A DNA stretch of 62,456 nucleotides from Candidatus Aenigmatarchaeota archaeon (GCA_030614705.1 JAUWTN010000001.1:1-62456); one strand, 5' to 3'; shown: positions 1 to 10,292, counted from the first letter of the stretch. The notes: generated from the sequence alone by a model not told the origin. Program-made: numbers and translations.

Positions 1-48
1 AAATAGTTTTTAACACCTTAATTTGCATCCTTCTGAGGTTTATTAAAA

Positions 49-1566
49 ATGAGCCTCTCTTTTTTAAAGAAAAGGTTAATTATGTTCCAATTAGAAGAAG
101 TTAATCCAAAAATTAAAGTTCCTAAAGATTTGAAAAAAATAGATATAAAATATGAATTAATCAAAAAATTTATTAATATTTCCATACATCATCAGGGAAA
201 AGAAATTGTATACGAACTCATAGAACCAAAATTAACAAAAAAAGAAACTATGATATTTGACAAATTATATGATGGGTTATTGCAATTAATAGACTTGTCT
301 CCAATGGATTTTAAAAACAAAGATGAACTTATAAAATATTTTGAGACTAAAATTAAATTTCTACTGAATGAGTATAATTATCAGGTTTCTGAAAAAAGCT
401 ATGACAAATTAATGTATTATATTTACAGGAATTTTGTTGGACTTAATGAAATTGAAGGACTGATGCAAGACGATTATATAGAAGATATAAACTGCAATGG
501 TTTAAACACAGAATTATATATAAAACACAGGCTCTTTGGGAATCTGAAAACCAATATAATTTACAAAGAAAGTGAACTTATAAAAAATTTTATAATCAAA
601 CTTGCGCAAAGATGCAATAAACACATCTCTTATTCGGACCCTTTCTTAGAAGGCAGTCTTGCTGATGGTTCGAGAATCGAAGGGACCATCTCCGAAGAAA
701 TAAGTCCTAAAGGACCTAATTTTTCAATAAGGAAATTTAGAAGAATTCCTTTTTCCCCAACAGAATTAATTTCATCAAACACAATTTCTGCGGAAGCATT
801 TGCCTATCTCTGGTATCTTATAGAACACAAATCAAATATCTTAATTATAGGTGGAGCCGGAGTTGGCAAGACTACATTACTGACTTCTTTATTAACTTTT
901 GTTCCTTCAAATTCAAAAATTGTTTCAATTGAAGACACCAGAGAAATTAGAATATATCATGGCAACTGGATTGCAACCGTGAGCAGAGAATCTGTCGGAG
1001 GGATGAAAATGGGTGAAATTAATTTAGATAAATTATTGAGAGAAAGTTTTAGAGAAAATCCTGAATATGTTGTTGTTGGTGAAGTCAGGGGAAAAGAAAC
1101 TTATGTAATGTTTCAGGGAATGGCAAGCGGACACCCGACTTTGTCAACATTCCACTCCGAAGATGTGCCTTCAGTTATTTCAAGATTGAAAACACCTCCA
1201 ATTAATTTACCTTCGTCCCTCATAGAACTGCTTGATATTGTCATAACCGTTACCAAAAATGAAGATAAAAACAGCCTGAGCAGAAGAATAAAAAAGATTG
1301 AAGAATTTATTAAAATAGATGAAGCGAGAGGTGTTGCTGAAACCAAAATAATTGTGGGTTATGATTCAAAAAATGATTCTTTTGAATATACGCCTATGAG
1401 TCGCATCCTTGAAAAAATTTCAATAAATCAGGGAATAGACCCGGAGAAGATTAAAAAAATTATTGAAAACCGAAGTAAATTTTTGCTTTCACTTGTAAAA
1501 AAAGAAATATTTGATATGTGCGAAGTTCAAAAAGAAATAGAAAATTATATTTATGATGAAAAATGA
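49..1566 (+). CDS. Type IV pilus/archaellum-family secretion ATPase (FlaI/ArlI/PilB-like, VirB11 superfamily)
   Basis: 505-aa ORF; Walker A GGAGVGKTT, Asp box SIEDTREI, Walker B-like YVVVGEVRG, His box GHPTLSTFH. Confidence 0.85.
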   Translation: MSLSFLKKRLIMFQLEEVNPKIKVPKDLKKIDIKYELIKKFINISIHHQGKEIVYELIEPKLTKKETMIFDKLYDGLLQLIDLSPMDFKNKDELIKYFETKIKFLLNEYNYQVSEKSYDKLMYYIYRNFVGLNEIEGLMQDDYIEDINCNGLNTELYIKHRLFGNLKTNIIYKESELIKNFIIKLAQRCNKHISYSDPFLEGSLADGSRIEGTISEEISPKGPNFSIRKFRRIPFSPTELISSNTISAEAFAYLWYLIEHKSNILIIGGAGVGKTTLLTSLLTFVPSNSKIVSIEDTREIRIYHGNWIATVSRESVGGMKMGEINLDKLLRESFRENPEYVVVGEVRGKETYVMFQGMASGHPTLSTFHSEDVPSVISRLKTPPINLPSSLIELLDIVITVTKNEDKNSLSRRIKKIEEFIKIDEARGVAETKIIVGYDSKNDSFEYTPMSRILEKISINQGIDPEKIKKIIENRSKFLLSLVKKEIFDMCEVQKEIENYIYDEK

Positions 1567-1861
1567 ATTTAAGGGTGACCTTAAAATAAGTCCCATAATC
1601 TATCTTATTGTTACCATCTTCATTTTAGTTGTTATTATAGCTTTTATATTCAATATCTGGAATCCCGGGATTTACTCAGCCAATGAAGAAATGAATTTAC
1701 GGGGGGAATGCACAAAGTGGATTTCCGCAGAAACAGGTCCTTGTGTAGATAAACTGGATGTACCTGATTTAGAAGGTGAGCTTATATATCCTTCTCTAAA
1801 TAAAACTTATGGGGAAGCTAAAAGAGATGATGCTGAGAAGTTTTGCATGTGTCCCAAATAA
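1553..1861 (+). CDS. Small membrane-anchored Cys-containing protein, possibly class III signal peptide (pilin-like)
   Basis: 102-aa ORF overlapping the ATPase stop by 14 nt; charged N-terminus ending in KG, then a hydrophobic helix ISPIIYLIVTIFILVVIIAFIF; 4 Cys in the exposed part; no recognisable family. Confidence 0.45.
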   Translation: MMKNEFKGDLKISPIIYLIVTIFILVVIIAFIFNIWNPGIYSANEEMNLRGECTKWISAETGPCVDKLDVPDLEGELIYPSLNKTYGEAKRDDAEKFCMCPK

Positions 1862-1867
1862 TAAAAT

Positions 1868-2992
1868 ATGAAAATTGAATGTATTGGTCTGAGAAAAATA
1901 TTTAACTCGAGAGGAGAAGAAACAATTGAATCAACAATTTTTTCAAATAATAAAATTGGGGTTGGAAGCGCTCCGAGCGGCGCAAGCGTTGGAACCAAAG
2001 AAGCCAAACTTGTTAATCTCGATACTGGACTGAAAAATTTTAACAAAATTAAAAATAAATTTACAGGGAAATTTACTCAGGAAGAATTTGATTTATTGTT
2101 GATGAATAATCTGGAAAAAATTGGTTCAAACCTCACAACCAGTTTGTCATTTGCCTTCTTCAATTTAAATACAGATAAATTCCTTCAGGGAGTTTCAGGT
2201 GAGATTCCAATTCCCATGGGAAATGTTATTGGTGGCGGAGCTCATCATGGAAAAACAGATATTCAGGAAATTTTATTATTACCTGTTAAGGCAAAAGATA
2301 TATTTGATGGAATAAAAACAAATTTTAACATAATGGATGAACTCAGGGATAAATATAAAACTAAATTCCTTGGGGTGAATGATGAAGGGGCTCTTGTAAT
2401 GGATTTCTCAAATGAAGAAGCTCTGGGGAATGTTCTTGACATTGCAAAAAAATATAAAGCAAAAATCGGAATTGATTTAGCTGCATCAGAATTATTCAAC
2501 GGGAAAAAATATGTTTATAAAAACCTGAAAGTCAGCAAAGAAGAGCAGATTGATTTAATGGGTCAATGGATAAAAGATTATAAATTATATTACATAGAAG
2601 ATCCTTTTGAAGAAGATGATGTTTCTGGTTTTAGGGAATTAACAAAAAGATTCAGTAAAAAATGTTTAATCTGCGGGGATGATTTGTTTGCCACGCAAAT
2701 CACCAGACTGGACAATGAACTTGCAAATTCATGCATTGTAAAGCCCAATCAGGTCGGGACGGTTACAGGAGCTTTGGATTGCATAAACAAAGCAAAGAAG
2801 CTAAAAATGGTTCCTGTTCTATCTCACAGGTCCGGAGAAACCTGCGATTCCACAATTTCCAAATTGAGTCTACTAACAAAAATTGCAAAATTTGGAATAT
2901 CCCAGATAAGAATTTCCAAATTAAATGAATTAATCAGGTTAAGAGATTTGCTAAAGCTTAGCGGCAAAAGAACAAAGTTGGCAAAATTATAA
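1868..2992 (+). CDS. eno: Enolase (phosphopyruvate hydratase), short form
   Basis: Enolase signatures SAPSGASVGTKEA, IDLAASE, IEDPFEEDD, CGDDLF, VKPNQVGT, SHRSGET; 374 aa versus about 430 aa typical. Confidence 0.85.
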   Translation: MKIECIGLRKIFNSRGEETIESTIFSNNKIGVGSAPSGASVGTKEAKLVNLDTGLKNFNKIKNKFTGKFTQEEFDLLLMNNLEKIGSNLTTSLSFAFFNLNTDKFLQGVSGEIPIPMGNVIGGGAHHGKTDIQEILLLPVKAKDIFDGIKTNFNIMDELRDKYKTKFLGVNDEGALVMDFSNEEALGNVLDIAKKYKAKIGIDLAASELFNGKKYVYKNLKVSKEEQIDLMGQWIKDYKLYYIEDPFEEDDVSGFRELTKRFSKKCLICGDDLFATQITRLDNELANSCIVKPNQVGTVTGALDCINKAKKLKMVPVLSHRSGETCDSTISKLSLLTKIAKFGISQIRISKLNELIRLRDLLKLSGKRTKLAKL

Positions 2993-3661
2993 ATTATATT
3001 TCTCTTTAACAACTGCGTTATCCAAAGCAATTATTAGATTTTTATAAAAAACTTCTCTAAAATCCACAGTGTGGGATTTCCACCCTTTTCGATATTCTAC
3101 AATTGAATAATTTTTGTTATTTCTTATTTCACTCATTTTATATTCTTCCATCAATTCAAGTGAAAAAGGTTCTTGTAAAGGAATCCAATAAGAAGCCATT
3201 GGAGACTTCTTGTCCACCCTCACATAATTATCACCTCCAACAGGACTTATGCGGTCTGGAGCTATAAATAATTCTTTTGTAAATGGAAACTTTGGAGAAT
3301 AAATTCCTCGTTGTTCTCCTTCAAAATACTGGGGTGTAAATTCATCATATTCATAAGAAGATGATTCTATAATATCTCTTATATTTGATTCAGCAAAATC
3401 CAATTTAGTGTTTTCAATGGACTCATCAATAACAGATAAAGCCAAAGCCAAATTAATTCCTTCGTTCACAATCCGGGGATGAAAAGGAGGTATCCTAAAT
3501 GGATTCGTAAAAGGCTCGCCTGAATAATCAACCAACTCTACAGGAAACTGTTCTCTCCTCAACATTAAATCTTCAATCATATTACTACCAATCAATAAAA
3601 TTATATATAAAAATACAAAATTGAATAATAAATAATCCGACAATCCACCACAACAATACAA
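2987..3661 (-). CDS. Hypothetical protein with N-terminal transmembrane anchor
   Basis: 224-aa ORF; hydrophobic N-terminus LLFNFVFLYIILLIGS; no recognisable motifs. Confidence 0.5.
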   Translation of the reverse strand: MYCCGGLSDYLLFNFVFLYIILLIGSNMIEDLMLRREQFPVELVDYSGEPFTNPFRIPPFHPRIVNEGINLALALSVIDESIENTKLDFAESNIRDIIESSSYEYDEFTPQYFEGEQRGIYSPKFPFTKELFIAPDRISPVGGDNYVRVDKKSPMASYWIPLQEPFSLELMEEYKMSEIRNNKNYSIVEYRKGWKSHTVDFREVFYKNLIIALDNAVVKEKYNL

Positions 3662-3692
3662 TACTGATTTATAGTTTTTTTATAATTATTAT

Positions 3693-3881
3693 ATGTTGCA
3701 TCATACTAGAAAAAGTTACTGTCCGATATGCGGAGTGAAAGGAAATAAAAAAGGAGAACACTATCAATGCATAAATTGCGAAACAGTATTTTCTCATTTC
3801 GGAATAATCAGCGGTCCATTTGATGACCTATTCTTACCGTCTGAAATAGAAAACCTAAAAAATTTACTGGAAGATAATTAA
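3693..3881 (+). CDS. Small zinc-ribbon protein
   Basis: 62-aa ORF with CPICG-x15-CINC; its stop overlaps the convergent radical SAM gene by 4 nt. Confidence 0.5.
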   Translation: MLHHTRKSYCPICGVKGNKKGEHYQCINCETVFSHFGIISGPFDDLFLPSEIENLKNLLEDN

Positions 3882-4882
3882 TCAAATACTCCCGCCAACA
3901 GGGCATTGCATTTCCTGCATTTTGAGTGTTCAAAATCCACTTCATATCCCTGTCGTTTTATCATCAACTTTCCGCATGAAGAACAGAAAGTGCTTTCATA
4001 TTCTGGTTCAGAAACATTTCCGATATAAACATACTTTAATTTTTTCTTTGCTTCTCTAAATAAATCTTTAAGAACCTGAATTTTCGTTGGTTCTAAATCT
4101 AAAAGTTTGTAATCAGGATGGAATCTTGAAAGATGCAACGGCGTTTCAGCACCAAGGTTGGTTTTAATCCACGATGAAATATAATTGACCCATCTTTTTG
4201 TATCATTATGCCCTGGGATAATTAAACTTGTAAGTTCAATCCAGACATTTTGTTTTTTGTATTCCAAAATTGATTCAAGCACTGGTTTTAAAGAAGCCAA
4301 ACACAAAGTTGAATATAATCTTTCCGGACCTTTGATATCAATGTTTATTGCGTCAAGATAAGGAGCTAATTTTTTGATTGGAGTCTTGTTTGTATAACCA
4401 TTTGAAACCCAAATGTTTTTTATTCCTTCTTTTTTTGCCAGTTTCATTATATCCAGAGCATATTCATAGAAAATGGTAGGCTCAGTGTAAGTATAAGCAA
4501 TTGTTTTTACCTTGTGTTCTTTTGCAAGCTCAATAACTTTCTCAGGCGGAACAAAGTCACCGGAAATTTCTCCCTGTGAAATCTTATAGTTCTGACAGAA
4601 AGCGCAGGAAAGATTGCACCCGCAGGTCGCAATTGAAAGAGCGGTTGTTCCAGGAAGGAAATGAAATAAAGGTTTCTTTTCAATTGGGTCAATTGATAAA
4701 GTGCAGGGTTTTGAATAAACCAATGAATATAACTTGCCTTTCAGGTTTTTCCTTGCCCTGCAGAATCCTGTTGAATTTTCGGTAATATAACATTTTCTGG
4801 GGCAGAGCAAACATCTTACTTTTTTATCCGGTAATTTTTCATAGAATTTTGCTTCTTTTGGTTTTTGTGGGGTTGGTTCCAT
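3878..4882 (-). CDS. Radical SAM enzyme, AmmeMemoRadiSam-system / PflA-activase-like
   Basis: CGCNLSCAFCQN (CxxxCxxC) cluster motif; N-terminal CLLCPRKC..C and C-terminal CSSCG..CRKC zinc-ribbon-like motifs typical of this subfamily. Confidence 0.8.
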   Translation of the reverse strand: MEPTPQKPKEAKFYEKLPDKKVRCLLCPRKCYITENSTGFCRARKNLKGKLYSLVYSKPCTLSIDPIEKKPLFHFLPGTTALSIATCGCNLSCAFCQNYKISQGEISGDFVPPEKVIELAKEHKVKTIAYTYTEPTIFYEYALDIMKLAKKEGIKNIWVSNGYTNKTPIKKLAPYLDAINIDIKGPERLYSTLCLASLKPVLESILEYKKQNVWIELTSLIIPGHNDTKRWVNYISSWIKTNLGAETPLHLSRFHPDYKLLDLEPTKIQVLKDLFREAKKKLKYVYIGNVSEPEYESTFCSSCGKLMIKRQGYEVDFEHSKCRKCNALLAGVFD

Positions 4883-4910
4883 AATTAATATAAATTAGTA
4901 AGTTCATTGA

Positions 4911-5522
4911 TTATTGAAACAAGTCATTTAAATATTCTTCATTTCTTTCTACCACTCTTAAGTATTCTGATTTTCTTGTGTCAGTTTCCGGCAACTTATC
5001 TGATTCATTCTGATAAAACAAAACGCCTTTTTTGTAAGCAATATAAATTACCTCATTTATTTCGTTGTTTGATTTGACACCATACGCTCTTAAAGATTCT
5101 AATTGATCTAAAACCCTCAACTTCCTATATGTAGGATGTTTTCGGGTTCTTTTAAACCGTTTTGCATTTTTTCTTGCAAATCTAATTAAATCCTCTGCGC
5201 GTTTCTGAGCCAATTCCGGCAACAGTTCTTTTAATTCGTCCAAAGGAGAAGAATCAATTTCGTATCCCAATCTTCGAGCCGCCTTAATAGTATTCTCAGT
5301 ATCTTTGATACAACTCAAATAAGTTGTAAAGAAATTTTTATAATCCGGCAGTCTCCCTACAAAAAATTCAAATTCTTTTTCATAAACTTTTTGTTTTAAT
5401 TTATCATCAATTAATTCCGGGTGTTCATCTTCCATAACTGCCAGCTCAAAAACAGATATTTCTCCTTTATCAACAGCACGTTCCAATTCCTCCTTGCTAT
5501 TAACATCACCATATAATTCCAT
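4911..5522 (-). CDS. Hypothetical protein (charged, helical)
   Basis: 203-aa ORF, no recognisable motif. Confidence 0.5.
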   Translation of the reverse strand: MELYGDVNSKEELERAVDKGEISVFELAVMEDEHPELIDDKLKQKVYEKEFEFFVGRLPDYKNFFTTYLSCIKDTENTIKAARRLGYEIDSSPLDELKELLPELAQKRAEDLIRFARKNAKRFKRTRKHPTYRKLRVLDQLESLRAYGVKSNNEINEVIYIAYKKGVLFYQNESDKLPETDTRKSEYLRVVERNEEYLNDLFQ

Positions 5523-5595
5523 AACAAATAAACAGAAATTATTTATAAATTAATAATAAAATCTATCTTTTAGTTTATTACAAAAAACCTAAAAA

Positions 5596-6348
5596 TTATT
5601 CCTCAATTCTCGGAGCAAGGATGAACCCAAGTTTGACTTTGTCCTTAATCATATACTCCAAGTGAACCGGGTAATCTTTGTTAAATTCAAGTTTAACTTT
5701 ATCTGTAAGTTTTCCTGCTTTCAGCATCTTGCTGAGGTATTCAATTGAATATCTCGCAACAGTATCTTCTTTGCAGGTTAAGGAATATAACTGGGGGTTA
5801 TCTGCTTCTATTTTTATCTGGGTGAAACTTGAATCTCCTTCCGCTTTCAAAGTCAAAGATTCTTTTGAAATCATTATTGCAATTCCATCAGAAATCAAAG
5901 CGCAATTTTCAAGACCTTCTTTTAACACTGAAGGGTCAAGTTCAATTGAGTTTTCAAAATTAAATCTGCTAATGTCCTGCATTTCCTGTTTTGCAACAGA
6001 AATAATTGGCATTGCAAATTTCCTTGTTGTGCTTCCATCAAGAGTTAATTCAAATCTATCCTCGTTTTCATCAACAGCTAGAGTTAATTTATCCTCTGGT
6101 TTTGATTTCTTTATGAATTGCAGCATTTTTAAAATATTCAAACCTATTTCCAATTCCTTATCACAGGTATAACTTTCAAATGCAGTTGGAAGGATTAAAA
6201 AATCCACAACCGCAATAACAGCCCTGTCAGGACAGATAAGTGAAATTCCGTCTTTCTTTATGTTAAATGTGCCTTCATCCACAATCTCCGCAATTGCGTT
6301 AAAACTTTCTTTTATCAGACCTACATCCTCCAAAACCGCTTTGAACAT
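5596..6348 (-). CDS. pcn: DNA polymerase sliding clamp PCNA
   Basis: 250 aa; N-terminus MFKAVLEDVGLIKESFNAIAEIVDEGTF..KDGISL and overall length/pattern typical of archaeal PCNA. Confidence 0.85.
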   Translation of the reverse strand: MFKAVLEDVGLIKESFNAIAEIVDEGTFNIKKDGISLICPDRAVIAVVDFLILPTAFESYTCDKELEIGLNILKMLQFIKKSKPEDKLTLAVDENEDRFELTLDGSTTRKFAMPIISVAKQEMQDISRFNFENSIELDPSVLKEGLENCALISDGIAIMISKESLTLKAEGDSSFTQIKIEADNPQLYSLTCKEDTVARYSIEYLSKMLKAGKLTDKVKLEFNKDYPVHLEYMIKDKVKLGFILAPRIEE

Positions 6349-6369
6349 AATATTAAATAAAGATAAATA

Positions 6370-7404
6370 TTAGTATTTCCAATTTTTTATAATCAACTCT
6401 GCGAATTTGATTGTTTCTTCCAAATCCTTCACATTAAAAATCTCATTGGGTGTGTGCATATTTCTCAAAGGAATATTAATGGATAAACTCAAAATACCTT
6501 TCCTGATTATCTGCACTACTGCAGTATCACTCATTCCCCCTTCAACCAATTCCAGTTGATATTTAATTTTGTTCTTTTTCGCCAAATCAATCACAAAATT
6601 CTTTAATTTTTCCGGCAAAATCATTCCCCTACCTCCGGCTTCTACCAAAGTAATTGAAACACCCTTGCCTAATTTTATCTCAGTATCTTTTTCAGTCACA
6701 GCAGGCACATCCCCAGCAATAGCTGTATCTATAACAATCGCCAAATCAGGATCTATTGCATACACTGCGGTTCTTGCTCCTTTTAACCCAACTTCTTCCT
6801 GAGTTGAAAAAACGAAATAAATATCCTCTTTTGAGGTTTTCATGTTTTTAATCAAATCCATTAAACAATAAACTCCAAGCCGGTTATCAAGGGATTTTCC
6901 AACAAAAAGATTGTTTCTCAATTCCTTAAATTCAGATTTAAAAGAAATTGGAGATCCTATTTCCACCTTTGATTTATCTTTCTCAGTAAATCCAGCTTCA
7001 ATGTATAGTTCATCATATTTCATCAGTTTTTTCCTTTCTTCTTCTTTCTGCAAATGAACGGGTTTTGAGCCTATAATTCCCTCAATATCGGATTTTCCTT
7101 TTATCAAAACTCTCTGAGCCAAGAGAATACGGTCATCAATACCACCCATCTTTGAAAATTCAACAAAACCTTTATCAACCCTCTTCACAATTAATCCAAT
7201 CTCATCCATATGCGCCACTAAAGCTATTTTTTTCTTGTTTTTACCAGAACCTTTTTTTAGAACAATTAAATTGCCCAAATTATCCTCAGTCACACTATCC
7301 GCATATTTTGAAATTTCTTTTTTTATCACTTCTCTGACCTCGCCTTCAAACCCAGAAACACCGCATGATTCGCTCAATTTTTTTAATAATTTTAAATCCA
7401 CCAT
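6370..7404 (-). CDS. M42 family metallopeptidase (TET aminopeptidase / FrvX-like)
   Basis: 344 aa; VAHMDEIGLIV, FSTQEEVGLKGA and DTAIAGD metal-ligand motifs. Confidence 0.85.
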   Translation of the reverse strand: MVDLKLLKKLSESCGVSGFEGEVREVIKKEISKYADSVTEDNLGNLIVLKKGSGKNKKKIALVAHMDEIGLIVKRVDKGFVEFSKMGGIDDRILLAQRVLIKGKSDIEGIIGSKPVHLQKEEERKKLMKYDELYIEAGFTEKDKSKVEIGSPISFKSEFKELRNNLFVGKSLDNRLGVYCLMDLIKNMKTSKEDIYFVFSTQEEVGLKGARTAVYAIDPDLAIVIDTAIAGDVPAVTEKDTEIKLGKGVSITLVEAGGRGMILPEKLKNFVIDLAKKNKIKYQLELVEGGMSDTAVVQIIRKGILSLSINIPLRNMHTPNEIFNVKDLEETIKFAELIIKNWKY

Positions 7405-7471
7405 AATCTAATATTGAAATAATTATAAAGAATTCATCATAATGCAAAATAAGGATTAAACTGTAGATTAT

Positions 7472-9019
7472 ATGAAAATAATAATTATTATGAATAAAAT
7501 TATTCCTTTCCTGCTTATCTGTCTAATATGTTTATCTGGATGCACAAATCCTTTTGAGGATCAGACACCAAGACAAATACAGCCTCTGGTTATTACTTTA
7601 TCCTCTGATTTAACAACACTCAAATCAGGAGAAAAAACATTCCTTTATCTGACTTTTGACAACCTTGATGAACTGGAAGAATACGAAGTTTCAGGAAAAA
7701 TAATGGATGGGGGAATTTTTATAGTATCCGATTCATTTGATGAAGAAGAACTTGCGGGTTTGCAGAAAAAAACCCTTGAGATGGAAATTGGAGCTCCAGA
7801 AGTTGGCGCGGATATACCTTCAAGAATGAGCGTTGAGGTGCAGGTCTCCAAAACATCCAAATTTTATGTTCCTGTTTTATTTGCAGACCGCGAATATGTA
7901 ATAGAAAAAGAAATTGCGGGACAGCCAATTCAAAAACAACCAAAAAAATATTCTTTGGTTGACCGGCTTGTGAATATTGAAATAGAATTAAACAAAAATC
8001 CCCCAATAGATACAGGAGCCGCATGGGGCACAATAAAAATCACGCCAAGAAGAGATGGAATTCTTGATTTTAAATCAATTTTCGGCGAAGATATTTCCTG
8101 CGAAGAAATAAATGAATTCACGAATACAGTTTCGTGTGAATTTAATGGTGATCCTGACCAGCTTGAAGAAATAAAATTTGAAATGGAAATTGAATATCTA
8201 TACCGAGAAATAAAATATTTAAACTTCATGATTCTTACGGGAGAAGGGGACTATATTCCAACAGATCCCACAACAGACACAAGCAAAGTTGGGGATGATG
8301 CTGAGTTTAATTTTGATTCTTCAACTGAAAAAATATACCCAACTACTTCGCAGATAACACTTACTTTTGAAGTTGAAAATAATAATGATGTTCCTTTGAC
8401 TATTGAGGATATCGATTATAATTATCCATCTTACTTTGAACAATATATGATTAATGATAATTGCGAAGGAATTGTTGGTTCAGGCGAAACTCAAGAATGC
8501 CGACTTGGATTGAATATAAGAACGCATCAGGATTCGGGCACAACCGCAGAGGTTTCAGCCACAGTAACCTACACAACAACATTGGAATATGATTTGTCAA
8601 CAGGAAATTCAATAGGCGATAAAAAAGTTTACACCGGATGGTCTCCTTTTGTAATTGAATCTGAAGTTGTTGATGTTAGCTATAATACAGAATATTGCAC
8701 TTATAGGGTGGATGGGATAGATCAGATTTATAAATGCGATGAAGGATGTCCTTCTGGGTGTGATTGTGTGGGAACGGTTTGTAAAAGAAAAACTGATGTG
8801 GATCAGATGTCTGTGGAAGTGACTATTCGCAATAATGGGAATGAAGCCACTACGCCAAAAAATTTAAAACTTGATGGAACAACTTGTAGCGGCAATATTC
8901 CCGCCGGAGGTGAAATAACATGCGGACCTTATATAAAAGACCCGAGAGAAAAAATCCAAATTAGTATGGAATATCAGTCAAGCACAACCTTAAAAAAGAA
9001 TATAGAGTTCTCTGAATAA
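7472..9019 (+). CDS. Secreted lipoprotein-like surface protein with CARDB-like beta-sandwich motifs
   Basis: 515 aa; signal peptide ending in the lipobox-like LSGC; motifs such as VEVTIRNNGNEA; Cys-rich C-terminal third. Confidence 0.55.
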   Translation: MKIIIIMNKIIPFLLICLICLSGCTNPFEDQTPRQIQPLVITLSSDLTTLKSGEKTFLYLTFDNLDELEEYEVSGKIMDGGIFIVSDSFDEEELAGLQKKTLEMEIGAPEVGADIPSRMSVEVQVSKTSKFYVPVLFADREYVIEKEIAGQPIQKQPKKYSLVDRLVNIEIELNKNPPIDTGAAWGTIKITPRRDGILDFKSIFGEDISCEEINEFTNTVSCEFNGDPDQLEEIKFEMEIEYLYREIKYLNFMILTGEGDYIPTDPTTDTSKVGDDAEFNFDSSTEKIYPTTSQITLTFEVENNNDVPLTIEDIDYNYPSYFEQYMINDNCEGIVGSGETQECRLGLNIRTHQDSGTTAEVSATVTYTTTLEYDLSTGNSIGDKKVYTGWSPFVIESEVVDVSYNTEYCTYRVDGIDQIYKCDEGCPSGCDCVGTVCKRKTDVDQMSVEVTIRNNGNEATTPKNLKLDGTTCSGNIPAGGEITCGPYIKDPREKIQISMEYQSSTTLKKNIEFSE

Positions 9020-9042
9020 ATCAATTAAAAAAAATTATAAAA

Positions 9043-10179
9043 TTAAAAATCATGAATGCATAAAACTTTCATTTTTGTTTTAAATCTTTCAGAATCAAAA
9101 CACACAACGGCATTTATATTTTTCTTCTCAATCTGTTCCGCAAGTTCCTGGGTTAGTTTTCCGTCCATTAAAACAACAGAAACATTGTCCAAGTCTGCGG
9201 TTTTCAACACTTGTTTAATTTCACCATAGTTCATCTTATGGACTTCATTAAGATTGTTGTCCAATAACCGGACTTCTTTTGTTCCAAGCATATTCTTAAT
9301 CATTGGTTTTACTTTTTCTTTTAAGTCAGCTGGAAGGATTGTTTTATTTTTAGGTTGTTGGGTTTCTTTTGATTTGACCTCATTTTTCTTTTTGACTTTC
9401 AGACATTGGTAAATTTCTTTTTTTGTTAATTCTTCAACTTCTTTTCCGTCCGGGGCTCTCGCAAAGAAATCTATTTTTATTTCCTGATTTAATCTTTTTG
9501 AAATTAAATCACCTCCGCGATCACCGTCAACGAAAATAGTTACAGATTTATTTTTCACAATTTCTTTTATCTGAGGCGAAGGTTTGCTCCCGCCAACAGC
9601 GATTGTGTTTTTTATTCCATAACCAACTAAATTAACTACATCTGCTCTCCCCTCAACGATTATAATTTCTTTGTTTGTTAACACATCAGGACCTCCGGTT
9701 AAACCTTTGTAAGTTTTTATTTCTTTTGTCCTGATATCTGAGGAAAGTTTATTTAAAGTCTCTTTTGTGTCTGGTATATCTTTGTATAACCTCTCAAGAA
9801 TTTCTCTGCTTCTCTTTTCAATGAAATTTCTCTTGCTGCTTCTTATATCCTCAATCTCTTCTAAAGTTACTTTCGCAGTTGTATAACCAACCTTGTCAAT
9901 TGTCTCAAGAGCTGCCGCCAACAAAGCGCTTTCTGAAGTTGATAAATTTGACGGAATTATTATTTCCACTTTTGTTTTTTCCTCTTTGTTTTTCTTAAAG
10001 TGGATGTCTATCCTGCCTATTTTACCGCTTTCCTGCAGTTCTTTTAAATCCATTTCCTGTCCTAATAATCCTTCTGTCTGGCCAAAAATTGCGCCAATAA
10101 TGTCGGTCCTCTCTACAAGAGATCCTGCTTCTAATGAAAGTTTTATAAGGTATTTTGCATTTTCTGTAATTTTTCCCAT
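9043..10179 (-). CDS. dnaG: Archaeal DnaG-type primase (Toprim domain)
   Basis: 378 aa; N-terminal TDIIGAIFGQTEGLLG, Toprim IIVEGRADVVNL and FVDGDRGGDLI. Confidence 0.9.
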   Translation of the reverse strand: MGKITENAKYLIKLSLEAGSLVERTDIIGAIFGQTEGLLGQEMDLKELQESGKIGRIDIHFKKNKEEKTKVEIIIPSNLSTSESALLAAALETIDKVGYTTAKVTLEEIEDIRSSKRNFIEKRSREILERLYKDIPDTKETLNKLSSDIRTKEIKTYKGLTGGPDVLTNKEIIIVEGRADVVNLVGYGIKNTIAVGGSKPSPQIKEIVKNKSVTIFVDGDRGGDLISKRLNQEIKIDFFARAPDGKEVEELTKKEIYQCLKVKKKNEVKSKETQQPKNKTILPADLKEKVKPMIKNMLGTKEVRLLDNNLNEVHKMNYGEIKQVLKTADLDNVSVVLMDGKLTQELAEQIEKKNINAVVCFDSERFKTKMKVLCIHDF

Positions 10180-10292
10180 AATTTATATAGAAAATGATAA
10201 ATTCACGCGAAATGGGTAAAATTGGTTATTACAGTGTAATAGTTTATAATTCCTTTAGGTAAAATGTCTCATATGAAAGTTTTCACAACAAA

